Source of the DNA: an uncultured Sphingomonas sp.
Lineage (GTDB): Bacteria > Pseudomonadota > Alphaproteobacteria > Sphingomonadales > Sphingomonadaceae
Direction: 5' to 3'
Assembly (NCBI RefSeq): GCF_964243315.1
Contig: NZ_CAXTEM010000008.1
Coordinates: 13,701 to 77,700 of the forward strand
DNA length: 64,000 nucleotides
This document shows, piece by piece, positions 10,615 through 20,552 of the stretch. How positions within the stretch are numbered: position 1 is the first letter of the stretch; every line of letters begins with the position of its first letter. Below the pieces are notes generated by a model. The model did no database searches. It saw only the letters and a list, made by a program, of their open reading frames with translations, and was not told where the DNA came from. The position numbers and the translations under genes were made by a program.

Positions 10615-12087
10615 ATGACGACAGCTATCGCGCCCCGCTCGCGGAAAGTGCGCGTGCTCGCAACCCTTGGGCCGGCGAGCAATACCCCCGAAATGATCGC
10701 CACCCTGTTCCAGGCGGGTGCGGACGCGTTTCGCGTCAACATGAGCCATGGCGACCAGGCATCGAAGGTCGCGGTGATCAAGGCGATCCGCAGCCTCGAA
10801 AAGCAGTTCGGCCGGCCGACGACGATCCTCGCGGATCTGCAAGGGCCGAAGCTACGGGTCGGCAAGTTCGCCGGTGGCCGCACCGAACTTGTCACCGGCA
10901 GCAGCTTCGTTCTCGATCGCGACAACACGCCTGGCGATTCCAGTCGCGTCGAACTTCCGCATCGCGAGATCTTCGCTGCGATCGAGCCCGGCGCGCGATT
11001 GCTGCTCGACGATGGCAAGCTGGTCCTGCGCGTCACCGATCACGGCCCCGATCGGATCGAGACCCGAGTCGAGGTCGGCGGGCCGCTGTCCGACAATAAG
11101 GGGCTCAACGTTCCCGACGTCGTCGTGCCGATGGCCGCCCTGACCGAGAAGGATCGCAGCGATCTCGCCTTCGCGATCGAACAGGGCGTCGACTGGATCG
11201 CGCTGTCGTTCGTGCAGCGCCCGGAAGACCTCGCGGAAGCTCGCAAGCTGATCGGCGGCAAGGCCGCTTTGCTCGCCAAGATCGAGAAGCCCGCCGCGAT
11301 CGAACGTCTCGAGGAACTGGTCGAGATGTGCGACGGCGTCATGGTCGCGCGTGGCGATCTCGGCGTCGAACTGCCGCCTGAATCGGTGCCGCCGCTGCAG
11401 AAGCGCATCGTCGAGACCTCGCGCCGGCTCGGCCGTCCGGTGGTGGTGGCGACGCAGATGCTCGAATCGATGATCAAGTCGCCGTCGCCGACGCGCGCTG
11501 AAGTCTCCGACGTCGCTACCGCGATTTATGACGGCGCCGACGCGATCATGCTGTCGGCCGAAAGCGCCGCCGGCGACTGGCCGGTCGAATCGGTGACGAT
11601 GATGAACGCGATCGGCGATGCCGTGGAGCGCGACCCGATGCACGGCGACCGCATCCACTTCACCGTCACCCGCCCCGATCCGACCACCGCCGACGCATTG
11701 TCCGAAGCCGCCAAGCAGATCGCGCGGACGGTATCGGCGGTCGCGATCATCTGCTTCACCACCTCGGGATCGACCGCGCGCCGCATCGCGCGCGAGCGGC
11801 CATCTGTGCCGATCCTGGTGCTGACCCCCAAGCTCGAGACCGCGCGTCGCCTCGGCCTGCTCTGGGGGACACATGCGGTGCATACGCGCGACGTAGAGTC
11901 GTTCGAAGAAATGGTCGCCAAGGCAAAGCGTACCGCGCTACGCCAGGGCATCGCCAAGGCCGGCGACCGCGTCGTCGTCATGGCCGGCGTCCCGTTCCGT
12001 ACCCCCGGCTCGACCAACGTCATCCACGTCGTCGGCATCGTCGGCGACGAGCTGAAGAACTACACCGGCGACGCCGCTAACGCGTGA
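10615..12087 (+). CDS. pyk: Pyruvate kinase
   Basis: LATLGPAS, FRVNMSHG, DLQGPKLR, AKIEK, MVARGDLGVE, ATQMLESM, DAIMLSAESA. Confidence 0.98.
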   Translation: MTTAIAPRSRKVRVLATLGPASNTPEMIATLFQAGADAFRVNMSHGDQASKVAVIKAIRSLEKQFGRPTTILADLQGPKLRVGKFAGGRTELVTGSSFVLDRDNTPGDSSRVELPHREIFAAIEPGARLLLDDGKLVLRVTDHGPDRIETRVEVGGPLSDNKGLNVPDVVVPMAALTEKDRSDLAFAIEQGVDWIALSFVQRPEDLAEARKLIGGKAALLAKIEKPAAIERLEELVEMCDGVMVARGDLGVELPPESVPPLQKRIVETSRRLGRPVVVATQMLESMIKSPSPTRAEVSDVATAIYDGADAIMLSAESAAGDWPVESVTMMNAIGDAVERDPMHGDRIHFTVTRPDPTTADALSEAAKQIARTVSAVAIICFTTSGSTARRIARERPSVPILVLTPKLETARRLGLLWGTHAVHTRDVESFEEMVAKAKRTALRQGIAKAGDRVVVMAGVPFRTPGSTNVIHVVGIVGDELKNYTGDAANA

Positions 12088-12458
12088 CCCGACAGACGAT
12101 CGTCACGCGTCAGCAGCTTCGCACCGAGCTGCTGCGCGTGGACGAGCAGCATTTCGTCGAACGGATCGGTATGCGTGATTGGGGGGACGAGGGGAGCGGC
12201 GTAGTCGTCGACATGCGGCGCGAGGATCGGAAGCTCGTTGAGCCGCGCGAAAGTGATCGCATCACCCGCCAGGAGCGCCGGCTCCGTTTTGCCCCGTCGC
12301 GCCTGTGCCGCTTCCTTCACCCTCAGTTCCCAAATGGAGATCGTCGACAGGAGTATTGTCGTGTCGGCAGCCTTCAGCAGGCGTTGCTCCGCCCTACTTA
12401 ACACTTGATCGTCGGTCGCAAGCCAGATCAGGAAATGCGTGTCGAGAAGGATCCTCAT
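12060..12458 (-). CDS. vapC: VapC-family PIN-domain toxin
   Basis: ILLDTHFLIW, STISIWEL, HTDPFDEML, LLTRD. Confidence 0.9.
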   Translation of the reverse strand: MRILLDTHFLIWLATDDQVLSRAEQRLLKAADTTILLSTISIWELRVKEAAQARRGKTEPALLAGDAITFARLNELPILAPHVDDYAAPLVPPITHTDPFDEMLLVHAQQLGAKLLTRDDRLSGHALAASPV

Positions 12459-12754
12459 TTCGAGGCGTCGGGCTCGTCATCGTAATATTCGGGCCCAAAA
12501 ATCTCGCGTGTCCACGCCGGATCGTCGAACTTTTTGCGCCAAGCCTCGTCCAAAGGGTAGTCCGGCTTGCTGAGGCCCATCTGTTCGCGCACACGCTGCA
12601 TGCGCGCGAAATCGAGACCGCCCTTCTTGACGGTGGGTGGCCCGATCTCGGCGACGGCCTTGCCGTTCTTGGTGATGGTGACGCGCTCGCCACGTTCCGC
12701 TGCGGCAAGCGCGGTGGCGAATTGAGCACGAGCTTCGCGAACGGACAATTCCAT
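12455..12754 (-). CDS. Phd/YefM-family antitoxin
   Basis: LSVREARAQFATALAAAERGERVTITKNGKAVAEI; 4-nt overlap with the PIN gene. Confidence 0.9.
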   Translation of the reverse strand: MELSVREARAQFATALAAAERGERVTITKNGKAVAEIGPPTVKKGGLDFARMQRVREQMGLSKPDYPLDEAWRKKFDDPAWTREIFGPEYYDDEPDASK

Positions 12755-12766
12755 GACGACCTCCAA

Positions 12767-12787
12767 TCGTGTACGCCGTGTACACGA
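12767..12787. promoter_or_regulatory. Candidate TA autorepression operator
   Basis: tcgTGTACgccgTGTACAcga, 12 nt upstream of the antitoxin ATG; TGTACA cores are known YefM-type operators. Confidence 0.6.
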
Positions 12788-12797
12788 AAATCTGCCG

Positions 12798-13418
12798 TCA
12801 GCCAAGCAGCCCCAGGTCGACCAGATGCCGCCGCAGCGTCGGTTCGTCGGTGAAGTGCAGCGCGATCAATCCGACCGCAGCAGCCCCCGCGATGTTGGCC
12901 TCATTATCGTCGATGAAGACGGTGTGTTCGGCGCTCAGCCCGAACCGCTCGAGCGCCAATCGGTACATCGCCGCATCGGGCTTCACCAGCTTCTCGTCCC
13001 CCGACACGACGATGTCGCGAAATCGGTCGAACATCGCCGATTCGCGCGTGCGGAACGGCGGCCAGAACTCGCCCGAGAAGTTGGTGATCGCATATAGCGG
13101 CACGGCGGCGGCGTGCAGGTCGTCGACCAGCCCCGGCATCCCCGCGATCGGCGCACCGATGCTCTCCAGGAAGCGTGGCCCCCAGGCAGAAATTAGCGCC
13201 TCGTGGTGTGGGTGTTGTCGGATCAGTTCGGCGGAGGTTTCCGCGAACGGCCGGCCGGCGTCGTGCTGGAAGTGCCAGTCATGCGTCACGACATCGCGCA
13301 GGAACGCGTCGAGCGCCCGATCATCGTCGATCAGGCGCTCGTAGAGGAACCGTGGGCTCCAGTCGTACAGGACCAGGCCGACATCGAAGATGACGGCCGT
13401 GGGCAGTGCGTCGCTCAG
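12798..13418 (-). CDS. HAD-family phosphatase (probable CTG start)
   Basis: Frame continues upstream of the track ORF to [20 protein letters not shown] (motif I); later [20 protein letters not shown]. Confidence 0.85.
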   Translation of the reverse strand: MSDALPTAVIFDVGLVLYDWSPRFLYERLIDDDRALDAFLRDVVTHDWHFQHDAGRPFAETSAELIRQHPHHEALISAWGPRFLESIGAPIAGMPGLVDDLHAAAVPLYAITNFSGEFWPPFRTRESAMFDRFRDIVVSGDEKLVKPDAAMYRLALERFGLSAEHTVFIDDNEANIAGAAAVGLIALHFTDEPTLRRHLVDLGLLG

Positions 13419-13540
13419 CCCTGGCGCGCCTTAAAGCGGCGGTTGGTCTTGTTGATCACATAGGTACGGCCGCGGCGCCGGATGACACGGTTGTCGCGGT
13501 GCCGATCCTTCAGCGACTTCAGGGAATTGCGGATCTTCAT
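13415..13540 (-). CDS. rpmJ: 50S ribosomal protein L36 (Zn-free type)
   Basis: [41 protein letters not shown]. Confidence 0.98.
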   Translation of the reverse strand: MKIRNSLKSLKDRHRDNRVIRRRGRTYVINKTNRRFKARQG

Positions 13541-13670
13541 GATCACGTTCGCTTTGCTAATCTGGGTGTCAGTGGAAAGCGCGATCGCGTAGAGATGCGT
13601 CCCCGGATAGTCAAGCAACGCGGGGGCGCGCCGGACGTTATACCGGCACAACAAGACGGAAAGTCGCGCC

Positions 13671-14273
13671 ATGATCACCCGCAATCTCCTCGCCCTCGGG
13701 CTCGCTGCTGCCACTGTCGCGGGCTGCACCACCGCCGGTCCGCTGCCGCCGACCAACGTGGTGCGCTATCATCTTGGCGCCCCGATCGCGCGCGGCACCG
13801 TCTCGGTCGAGCCGGCGACCGCTCCCGGCGTCCCCGCGAGTCTCGAGTTCAAGACCTATGCCGCCGCGGTGGAGGGTGAGTTGCTGAGGGCGGGCTACAC
13901 GCTGCCAACCGCCGGGGCGACCCCCCAGTTCGTCGCCACCGTCGGTTTCACCCGGCGCGAGGCCGAAGGCCCGCCACGGCGTTCCGCGTTCAGCATCGGC
14001 CTGGGCGGCGGATCGTTCAGCGGTGGACGTAACGGCGGCGTCGGTCTCGGCGGCGGCGTCGGCATCCCGATCGGCGGCGGCCGCGGCAGCACCGTGCTGC
14101 TTGCCGAGCTTGCGGTGACGATCAAGCGCCGGGTCGATCAGTCGCCGATCTGGGAAGGTCGCGCGCAGGGTGTCAGCGACATCAAGAGCGCGGACCAGCA
14201 GGCCGGCAAGCTCGCCGCCGCGCTGTTCACGGGGTTCCCCGGCGAGTCGGGGCGCACTATCGAGGTCAAATGA
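13671..14273 (+). CDS. DUF4136-like lipoprotein
   Basis: Lipobox [28 protein letters not shown] segment, IWEGRA. Confidence 0.75.
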   Translation: MITRNLLALGLAAATVAGCTTAGPLPPTNVVRYHLGAPIARGTVSVEPATAPGVPASLEFKTYAAAVEGELLRAGYTLPTAGATPQFVATVGFTRREAEGPPRRSAFSIGLGGGSFSGGRNGGVGLGGGVGIPIGGGRGSTVLLAELAVTIKRRVDQSPIWEGRAQGVSDIKSADQQAGKLAAALFTGFPGESGRTIEVK

Positions 14274-15421
14274 CCGAGACCGACGCCAATCACGCCCCTG
14301 CCCCCGCCTCAACCGCCATCAGCATCAACGCCGCCTTCGACGGCGGCAATATCCGGCTGGTGGCGATCGACGGAGACCGGATCGACCTGGAGATCGTCAA
14401 GGATCACCTGTCCGAATTCTACCAATGGTTCTCGTTCAGGGTGGCCGGTGCGCGGGGACGCCGGTTGACCTTCCGGATCGTCAATGCCGGCGGCTCCGCC
14501 TATCCGTTCGGATGGCCCGGCTACAAGACGCGGGCCAGCACCGATCTGGTCGACTGGCGGATGATCGACACGCGTTATGCCGACGGCGTGCTCGAGTTTG
14601 ATTACAGCAGCGATACCGACCTTGCCTGGTTCGCCTATTTCGCGCCCTACACGATGGCGATGCACGACGCGCTCATCGCACGAATCGCGCTGCGCCCCGG
14701 GGTCACGCACCGCCAGCTCGGCACCTCGCTCGATGGGCAGCCGATCGACTATCTGCGGGTCGGGAGCGGGGCGAAGCCGGTGTGGCTCTATGCGCGCCAG
14801 CATCCCGGCGAATCGATGTGCGAATGGTGGATGGAGGGCGCGCTCGACTGGCTGACCAGCCCCGCCGCCGCCGCCCTGCTCGCCAAGGCGACGGTGCATG
14901 TGGTGCCGAACATGAACCCCGATGGCACCCGCCGCGGCCACCTTCGTACCAATGCGGCAGGGGTGAACCTCAACCGTGAATGGAACGCACCGACGCTGGA
15001 GCGAAGCCCGGAAGTGTTGTGCGTGCGCGACGCGATGGACGAGACCGGCGTCGTCTACGCGATGGACGTGCACGGGGACGAGGCGATCCCCGCCAACTTC
15101 ATCGCCGGGTTCGAAGGCATTCCGAGCTGGACCGCCGAACGCGGCGAGAAGTTCTACGAATTCGGCCGCCGGCTTGCGGCGCATACCCCCGATTTCCAGA
15201 TCGAGAAGGGTTATGAGAAGTCGGCACCCGGCCGCGCCAATTTGTCGATGTCGACCAACCTGGTCGCCGAACGCTACGGCGCGGTGTCGATGACGCTGGA
15301 GATGCCGTTCAAGGATCACGACACCAACCCGGATGCCGAATTCGGCTGGTCGCCCGAACGATCGAAGCGCCTTGGCGTCGCCTGCCTGGAGACCCTCGCC
15401 GGCATGATCGACGAGCTGTGA
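14270..15421 (+). CDS. M14 family (cytosolic-type) metallocarboxypeptidase
   Basis: AAFDGGNI, WFAYFAPYT, ARQHPGE, PNMNPDG, GVNLNREW, MDVHGDE, MTLEMPFKD. Confidence 0.9.
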   Translation: MTETDANHAPAPASTAISINAAFDGGNIRLVAIDGDRIDLEIVKDHLSEFYQWFSFRVAGARGRRLTFRIVNAGGSAYPFGWPGYKTRASTDLVDWRMIDTRYADGVLEFDYSSDTDLAWFAYFAPYTMAMHDALIARIALRPGVTHRQLGTSLDGQPIDYLRVGSGAKPVWLYARQHPGESMCEWWMEGALDWLTSPAAAALLAKATVHVVPNMNPDGTRRGHLRTNAAGVNLNREWNAPTLERSPEVLCVRDAMDETGVVYAMDVHGDEAIPANFIAGFEGIPSWTAERGEKFYEFGRRLAAHTPDFQIEKGYEKSAPGRANLSMSTNLVAERYGAVSMTLEMPFKDHDTNPDAEFGWSPERSKRLGVACLETLAGMIDEL

Positions 15422-15879
15422 TCGAGGTTCGCCGCGATGATCCGGCTTCGCCCGCGCTCGCCGCACTGCTGGCAATCCATGTCGCGGATGCGCGGGCGCA
15501 TACCCCCGCCGAGAACGCCCATGTGCTGGATGCGGGCGGACTGGCGGCGTCGGTAACGCTGTGGAGCGCCTGGGACGGAGACGAATTGGCGGGCTTCGGC
15601 GCGCTGAAGCAGATTGCGCCCGACCACGGCGAGGTGAAGTCGATGCGTACCGCGGCCACGCACCTGCGTCGCGGCGTCGCCGCCGCCCTCCTCGCGCGGA
15701 TCGTCGCGGAGGCACGCGCCCGCGGCTACACGCGGCTCAGCCTGGAAACCGGCACCGCGCCGGCGTTCGCTGCCGCCAATCGCCTCTACGAAGCCGCCGG
15801 TTTCGTGGACGGCCCGGTGTTCGGCGGCTATCCGGCGAGCCCGCACAACCGGTTCATGACCCTCGACCTCGGAGCATAG
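15418..15879 (+). CDS. GNAT acetyltransferase (YsnE-like)
   Basis: GEVKSMRT..HLRRGVA, LSLETGT, ANRLYEAAGF. Confidence 0.85.
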   Translation: MIEVRRDDPASPALAALLAIHVADARAHTPAENAHVLDAGGLAASVTLWSAWDGDELAGFGALKQIAPDHGEVKSMRTAATHLRRGVAAALLARIVAEARARGYTRLSLETGTAPAFAAANRLYEAAGFVDGPVFGGYPASPHNRFMTLDLGA

Positions 15880-16566
15880 ATGCCAAAGCTCGTCCTCATC
15901 CGCCACGGCCAGTCCGCCTGGAACCTCGAGAACCGCTTCACCGGCTGGTGGGATGTGGAGGTCACCGACCAGGGTGTCGCCGAGGCCAAGGCCGCAGGCG
16001 CGCTGATGGCGGCCAGGGGTCTCGACTTCGACAACACCTTCACCTCGCTCCAAACCCGCGCAATCAAGACGCTGAACCTGGCGCTCGAGGAGATGAACCG
16101 ACTGTGGCTGCCGGTCGAGAAGGACTGGCGGCTCAACGAGCGTCATTATGGCGGGCTGACCGGGCTCAACAAAGCCGAGACCGCCGCCAAGCATGGCGAC
16201 GAGCAGGTCCATATCTGGCGCCGCAGCTTCGACGTCCCACCGCCGCCAATCGAGGCGGGCAGCGCCTATGATCTATCGGGCGACCGCCGCTATGCCGGGA
16301 TCACCGTCCCCGCGACCGAGAGCCTGAAGGACACGATCGCGCGCGTGCTGCCTTATTGGGAGGAGCGGATCGCGCCGGCATTGCGGGAGGGCCAGCGGGT
16401 CCTGATCTCGGCACACGGCAACTCGCTCCGTGCGTTGGTGAAGCATCTGTCGAACATCCCCGACGACGAGATCACCGGGCTGGAGATCCCGACCGGGCAG
16501 CCGATCGTCTACGATTTGGACGACGCGCTGAATGCGACGGATCGGTATTATCTGAGCGAGCGGTAG
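15880..16566 (+). CDS. gpmA: 2,3-bisphosphoglycerate-dependent phosphoglycerate mutase
   Basis: [43 protein letters not shown]. Confidence 0.97.
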   Translation: MPKLVLIRHGQSAWNLENRFTGWWDVEVTDQGVAEAKAAGALMAARGLDFDNTFTSLQTRAIKTLNLALEEMNRLWLPVEKDWRLNERHYGGLTGLNKAETAAKHGDEQVHIWRRSFDVPPPPIEAGSAYDLSGDRRYAGITVPATESLKDTIARVLPYWEERIAPALREGQRVLISAHGNSLRALVKHLSNIPDDEITGLEIPTGQPIVYDLDDALNATDRYYLSER

Positions 16567-16607
16567 GATTGCTGAGCACGCGGGGTCGTCGCGTCCTCCA
16601 TCCGCCG

Positions 16608-16756
16608 CCGTTCGTCCTGAGTAGGGATCGAGTAGCCCGCAGGGCGTATCGAGAGCCCGTATCGAAGGACAGGTTGGCGCGCGTGGCGGTGCTTCGATAC
16701 GAGCCCTCGATACGCTCCCTTGCGGGAGCTACTCGGTCTCTACTCAGCACGAACGG
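16608..16756. repeat. Nested palindromic element, family A
   Basis: ccgttcgtcctgagtag...ctactcagcacgaacgg termini with nested cgtatcga/tcgatacg pairs; second copy at 45443-45588. Confidence 0.85.
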
Positions 16757-16793
16757 GTGGGAAGCACGTCCTTTCCTCTAAACATGCCCCGCC

Positions 16794-18158
16794 TCAATCC
16801 GCGAACAGCAGCACCGGCGTTTCCAGATACCGCTTCAGCGCCTGGACGTAGCTTGCCGCGTCCCAGCCGTCGACGACGCGGTGGTCACAGCTGATCGACA
16901 GGTTCATGCACTTGGCGCGGACGATGTCGTCGCCGCGGAACACCGGCTTTTCGACGATCTTGTTCGGCCCGATGATCGCGACTTCGGGCCGGTTGATCAC
17001 CGGCGTGGTCGCGATGCCGCCGAGGGGACCGAGCGAGGTGACGGTGATCGTACCCCCGCCCATCTCGTTCGGCGCGAGCTTGTTGGCACGCGCCGCCTCC
17101 GCCAGCCGCCCGATCTCGGTGGCGAGCTGCCAGACGTTCCTGTCCTGCGCGTCGCGGATCACCGGGACCGTCAGGCCAGCGTCGGTCTGCGTCGCCATGC
17201 CGAGATGCACCCGGCCGCTACGCGTCACCACGCCCGCCTCGTCGTCGTAACGCGCGTTGAGCATCGGGAAATCGGGCAGGCTGCGGCAGATCGCGACGAT
17301 CATCAACGGCAGCATGGTCAGCTTCGGCCGCCCGCCGCGATTGGCGTTGAGATCGGCGCGCATCGCCTCCAGCGCGGTCACGTCGATCTCGTCGACATAG
17401 GTGAAATGCGGGATCGCGCGCTTCGATGCGGCCATGTTCTCCGCGATGCGCCGGCGCATGCCGATGACGCGAACCTGCTCGTCGTCGCGTGCGCGGCTGG
17501 CGCCGGGCGCCTGATAGCCCTGACCCGTTCCGTAGCGCAGGAACGCGTCGAGATCGGCGTGACGAATGCGATCGGTGTCGGACTTCACCCGCGCGAGATC
17601 GACGCCGAGCGCGCGTGCGCGATCGCGGACGGCGGGCGATGCGAGGGTCTTATGGTCCTCCCCAGCATGGGGAGGGGGACCGCCAGCCGTAGGCTGGGGG
17701 TGGTGGGGGGTCGCCGCGGGCGCAACGGCTTGTGGGGATTCTACAGAGCGAGTCGCTTGCGGCTCTCCTCCTCCACCACCGGCTTCGCCGGCGGTCCCCC
17801 TCCCCGTGCCGGGGAGGACTTCCTCTACGCCTGGATTCTCCGCCTCGTATTGCTCGGCCGTCTCGACCTGCGCGGGCGTTGCCGGGGCGGCGACAACCAC
17901 ATCGTCGTCGACCACCGCGTCGGTTTCGATCACCACCAATGCGGCGCCGATCGCGACCTGGTCGCCGACCTCGCCCGCCAATTCGACGACCACGCCCGAC
18001 ACCGGCGACTCCATCTCGACGGTGGCCTTGTCGGTCATCATGTCGGCGACCTGCTGGTCTTCCTCGACCCGATCGCCGACCGCGACGTGCCACGCGACGA
18101 TCTCTGCCTCCGAGATGCCTTCGCCGATGTCCGGCAATTTGAAGGTGAAGCGTGCCAT
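16794..18158 (-). CDS. bkdB: Branched-chain 2-oxo acid dehydrogenase E2 (dihydrolipoamide acyltransferase)
   Basis: FKLPDIGEGI, MTDKATVE lipoyl site, ASPAVRDRARALGVDL, TTPVINRPE, CDHRVVDG. Confidence 0.95.
   Translation of the reverse strand: MARFTFKLPDIGEGISEAEIVAWHVAVGDRVEEDQQVADMMTDKATVEMESPVSGVVVELAGEVGDQVAIGAALVVIETDAVVDDDVVVAAPATPAQVETAEQYEAENPGVEEVLPGTGRGTAGEAGGGGGEPQATRSVESPQAVAPAATPHHPQPTAGGPPPHAGEDHKTLASPAVRDRARALGVDLARVKSDTDRIRHADLDAFLRYGTGQGYQAPGASRARDDEQVRVIGMRRRIAENMAASKRAIPHFTYVDEIDVTALEAMRADLNANRGGRPKLTMLPLMIVAICRSLPDFPMLNARYDDEAGVVTRSGRVHLGMATQTDAGLTVPVIRDAQDRNVWQLATEIGRLAEAARANKLAPNEMGGGTITVTSLGPLGGIATTPVINRPEVAIIGPNKIVEKPVFRGDDIVRAKCMNLSISCDHRVVDGWDAASYVQALKRYLETPVLLFAD
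17655..17819. repeat. Family B palindromic element inserted in frame in the E2 linker
   Basis: gtcctcccc...ggggaggac termini, 165 nt; right arm ggtccccctccccgtgccggggagga also occurs in the intergenic copy ending at 20716. Confidence 0.85.
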
Positions 18159-18160
18159 CG

Positions 18161-19204
18161 TCAGTCCTTCATGATCTTCTTGAGCGCCTCGCCGATCCGC
18201 ACCGGGCCGGGGAAATAGGCCCATTCGAGGCTGTGCGGATACGGCGTGTCGAATCCGGTCACGCGCTCGATCGGCGCTTCGAGGTGGTAGAAGCAGCGTT
18301 CCTGCACCAGCGCCGACAGTTCCGCGCCGAAGCCGCTGGTCCGCGTCGCTTCGTGGACGATCATGCAGCGGCCGGTCTTCTTCACCGACGCTTCGATCGT
18401 CTCGATGTCGAGCGGCACCAGCGTGCGCAGGTCGATGATCTCGGCATCGATGCCCGCCTCTGCGATCACCGCGGCGCACACATGCACCATCGTGCCATAG
18501 GCGAGGATCGTCAGCGCCTCGCCCTCGCGCACCACCCGCGCCTTGCCGAGTTCGACGCGGAAATAGCCGGTCGGCACCGCGCCGTCGGGGTGTTTGGACC
18601 AGTTCTCCGCGGGGCGATCCCAATAGCCGTTGAACGGGCCGTTATAGATGCGCTTGGGTTCGAAGAAGAGCACCGGATCATTGTCCTCGATCGCGGCAAT
18701 CAGCAGCCCCTTCGCATCGTACGGCGTCGACGGGATCACCGTCTTCACCCCCGAGACATGGGTGAAGATGCCCTCGGGCGACTGGCTGTGGGTCTGGCCG
18801 CCGAAGATGCCGCCACCGAACGGCGAGCGGATCGTAATCGGCGAGGTGAATTCGCCCGCGGACCGGTAGCGCAGCCGCGCCGCCTCCGAGACCAGCTGAT
18901 CGAGCGCGGGATAGATGTAATCGGCGAACTGGATCTCGGGCACCGGGCGCAGACCGTACGCGCCCATTCCAACCGCGACGCCCATGATGCCGATCTCGCT
19001 GATCGGAGTGTCGAACACCCGGGTCTTGCCGTGCTTGGCCTGCAAGCCTGCGGTGGCGCGGAACACGCCGCCGAAATACCCGACATCCTCACCCATCACG
19101 ATCACGGTCGGATCGCGATCGAGCATGACGTCCATCGCCGAATTGATCGCCTGGATCATGTTCATCCGGACGGTGCCGGTCGCGGCCTTGCTGTCGTCGC
19201 TCAT
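18161..19204 (-). CDS. bkdA2: Branched-chain 2-oxo acid dehydrogenase E1 beta
   Basis: MNMIQAINSAM, GEDVGYFGGVFRAT, EIQFADY, HSQSPE, IDLRTLVPLD. Confidence 0.95.
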   Translation of the reverse strand: MSDDSKAATGTVRMNMIQAINSAMDVMLDRDPTVIVMGEDVGYFGGVFRATAGLQAKHGKTRVFDTPISEIGIMGVAVGMGAYGLRPVPEIQFADYIYPALDQLVSEAARLRYRSAGEFTSPITIRSPFGGGIFGGQTHSQSPEGIFTHVSGVKTVIPSTPYDAKGLLIAAIEDNDPVLFFEPKRIYNGPFNGYWDRPAENWSKHPDGAVPTGYFRVELGKARVVREGEALTILAYGTMVHVCAAVIAEAGIDAEIIDLRTLVPLDIETIEASVKKTGRCMIVHEATRTSGFGAELSALVQERCFYHLEAPIERVTGFDTPYPHSLEWAYFPGPVRIGEALKKIMKD

Positions 19205-20490
19205 GACTTGCGGTCCCAGGGACGGCCCGAGGCGGTTTCCTCGTCGAGCATCTGCTGGCGCTGCTCCTTCAAGTGCCAGGGCATCTCCTCGAACACGCCA
19301 TCGAACAGCGTGTCGAGCGGCTGGTGCAGGCCGTGGCCGAGGATGCCATTCTTCTCGGCCTCCTTCTGCGCGGTTTTCACCTGTTCGGCGACTTCCTTGT
19401 CCTGCGCAGCGTGACGGTCCTCGTCCCATTCGCCGATCGCGATCAGGTGATCCTTCAGCCGCTTAACCGGATCGCCGAGCGGCCACGCATTGGGCTCGCC
19501 CGCGGACCGATACTGCCCCGGATCGTCGGAGGTGGAGTGACCCTCGGCGCGGTAGGTGAAATGCTCGATCAGCGTCGGTCCCTGGTTGGTTCGCGCACGC
19601 TCCGCCGCCCACTGGGTCGCGGCATAGACCGCGAGTGCGTCGTTGCCGTCGATCCGGAGCCCAGCGATGCCGTAACCGACCGCGCGCGCCGCGAACGTCG
19701 TCGCCTCCGCGCCCGCGAATCCCGAGAAGCTGGAGATCGCCCATTGGTTGTTGACGACGTTCATGATGACGGGCGCGCGGTAGACGCTCGCGAAGGTGCA
19801 GGCCGAGTGGAAGTCGCCTTCCGCGGTCGATCCCTCGCCGCACCACACCGCCGCGATCCGCGTGTCGCCTTGCGCCGCCGACGCCATCGCCCAGCCGACC
19901 GCCTGGGGATACTGCGTCGCGAGGTTGCCGGAGATCGAGAAGAATCCGGCTTCCTTCACCGAATACATGATCGGCAGCTGCTTGCCCTGCAGCCGGTCGC
20001 CCTTGTTCGAATAGATCTGGTTCATCATGTCGACGAGGCTCCAGCCCCGCGCGATCAACAGCCCCTGCTGGCGGTAGCTGGGGAAGCACATGTCGTCATA
20101 ATCGAGCGCCAGCGCCGCCGCGACCGACACCGCCTCCTCGCCAAGCGACTTCATGTAGAAGCTGGTCTTGCCCTGGCGCTGAGCGCGGAACATGCGCTCG
20201 TCGAATGCGCGGAGCAGCGCCATGCTGCGCAACATCTTGCGCAGCATATCGGGCGACAGCCGGGGATTCCACGGGCCGACCGCCTGGTTCTCGTCGTCGA
20301 GCACCCGCACCAGCGTGTAGGCGAGTTCGGTGAAACTGCTCGCCGCGTCGGCGGTATCGGGGCGGCGTTGCGCGCCCGCGGGAGGCACCTCGACCGCCGC
20401 GAAATCGACCTCGTCGCCGGGTCGGAACTTCGGCTCGGGCACGTGCAGCGACAAGGGCCGCAAATTGGCGCGCGGGGTATCGCCAGCCAC
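19201..20490 (-). CDS. bkdA1: Branched-chain 2-oxo acid dehydrogenase E1 alpha
   Basis: LHVPEPKFRPGD, QRQGKTSFYM, GEGSTAEGDF...NNQWAIS ThDP motif, YRAEGHSTSDDP; GTG start after GGAGAAG. Confidence 0.95.
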   Translation of the reverse strand: MAGDTPRANLRPLSLHVPEPKFRPGDEVDFAAVEVPPAGAQRRPDTADAASSFTELAYTLVRVLDDENQAVGPWNPRLSPDMLRKMLRSMALLRAFDERMFRAQRQGKTSFYMKSLGEEAVSVAAALALDYDDMCFPSYRQQGLLIARGWSLVDMMNQIYSNKGDRLQGKQLPIMYSVKEAGFFSISGNLATQYPQAVGWAMASAAQGDTRIAAVWCGEGSTAEGDFHSACTFASVYRAPVIMNVVNNQWAISSFSGFAGAEATTFAARAVGYGIAGLRIDGNDALAVYAATQWAAERARTNQGPTLIEHFTYRAEGHSTSDDPGQYRSAGEPNAWPLGDPVKRLKDHLIAIGEWDEDRHAAQDKEVAEQVKTAQKEAEKNGILGHGLHQPLDTLFDGVFEEMPWHLKEQRQQMLDEETASGRPWDRKS

Positions 20491-20552
20491 TCTCTTCTCC
20501 ACTCGGCGTCGGCGCCTAGGTGGCCAAACGCTCGCCAGCGCCTCTCGGACCT

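Noticed and set aside
13415-13540. Cys-free L36
   Set aside because: This is the usual form in alphaproteobacteria.
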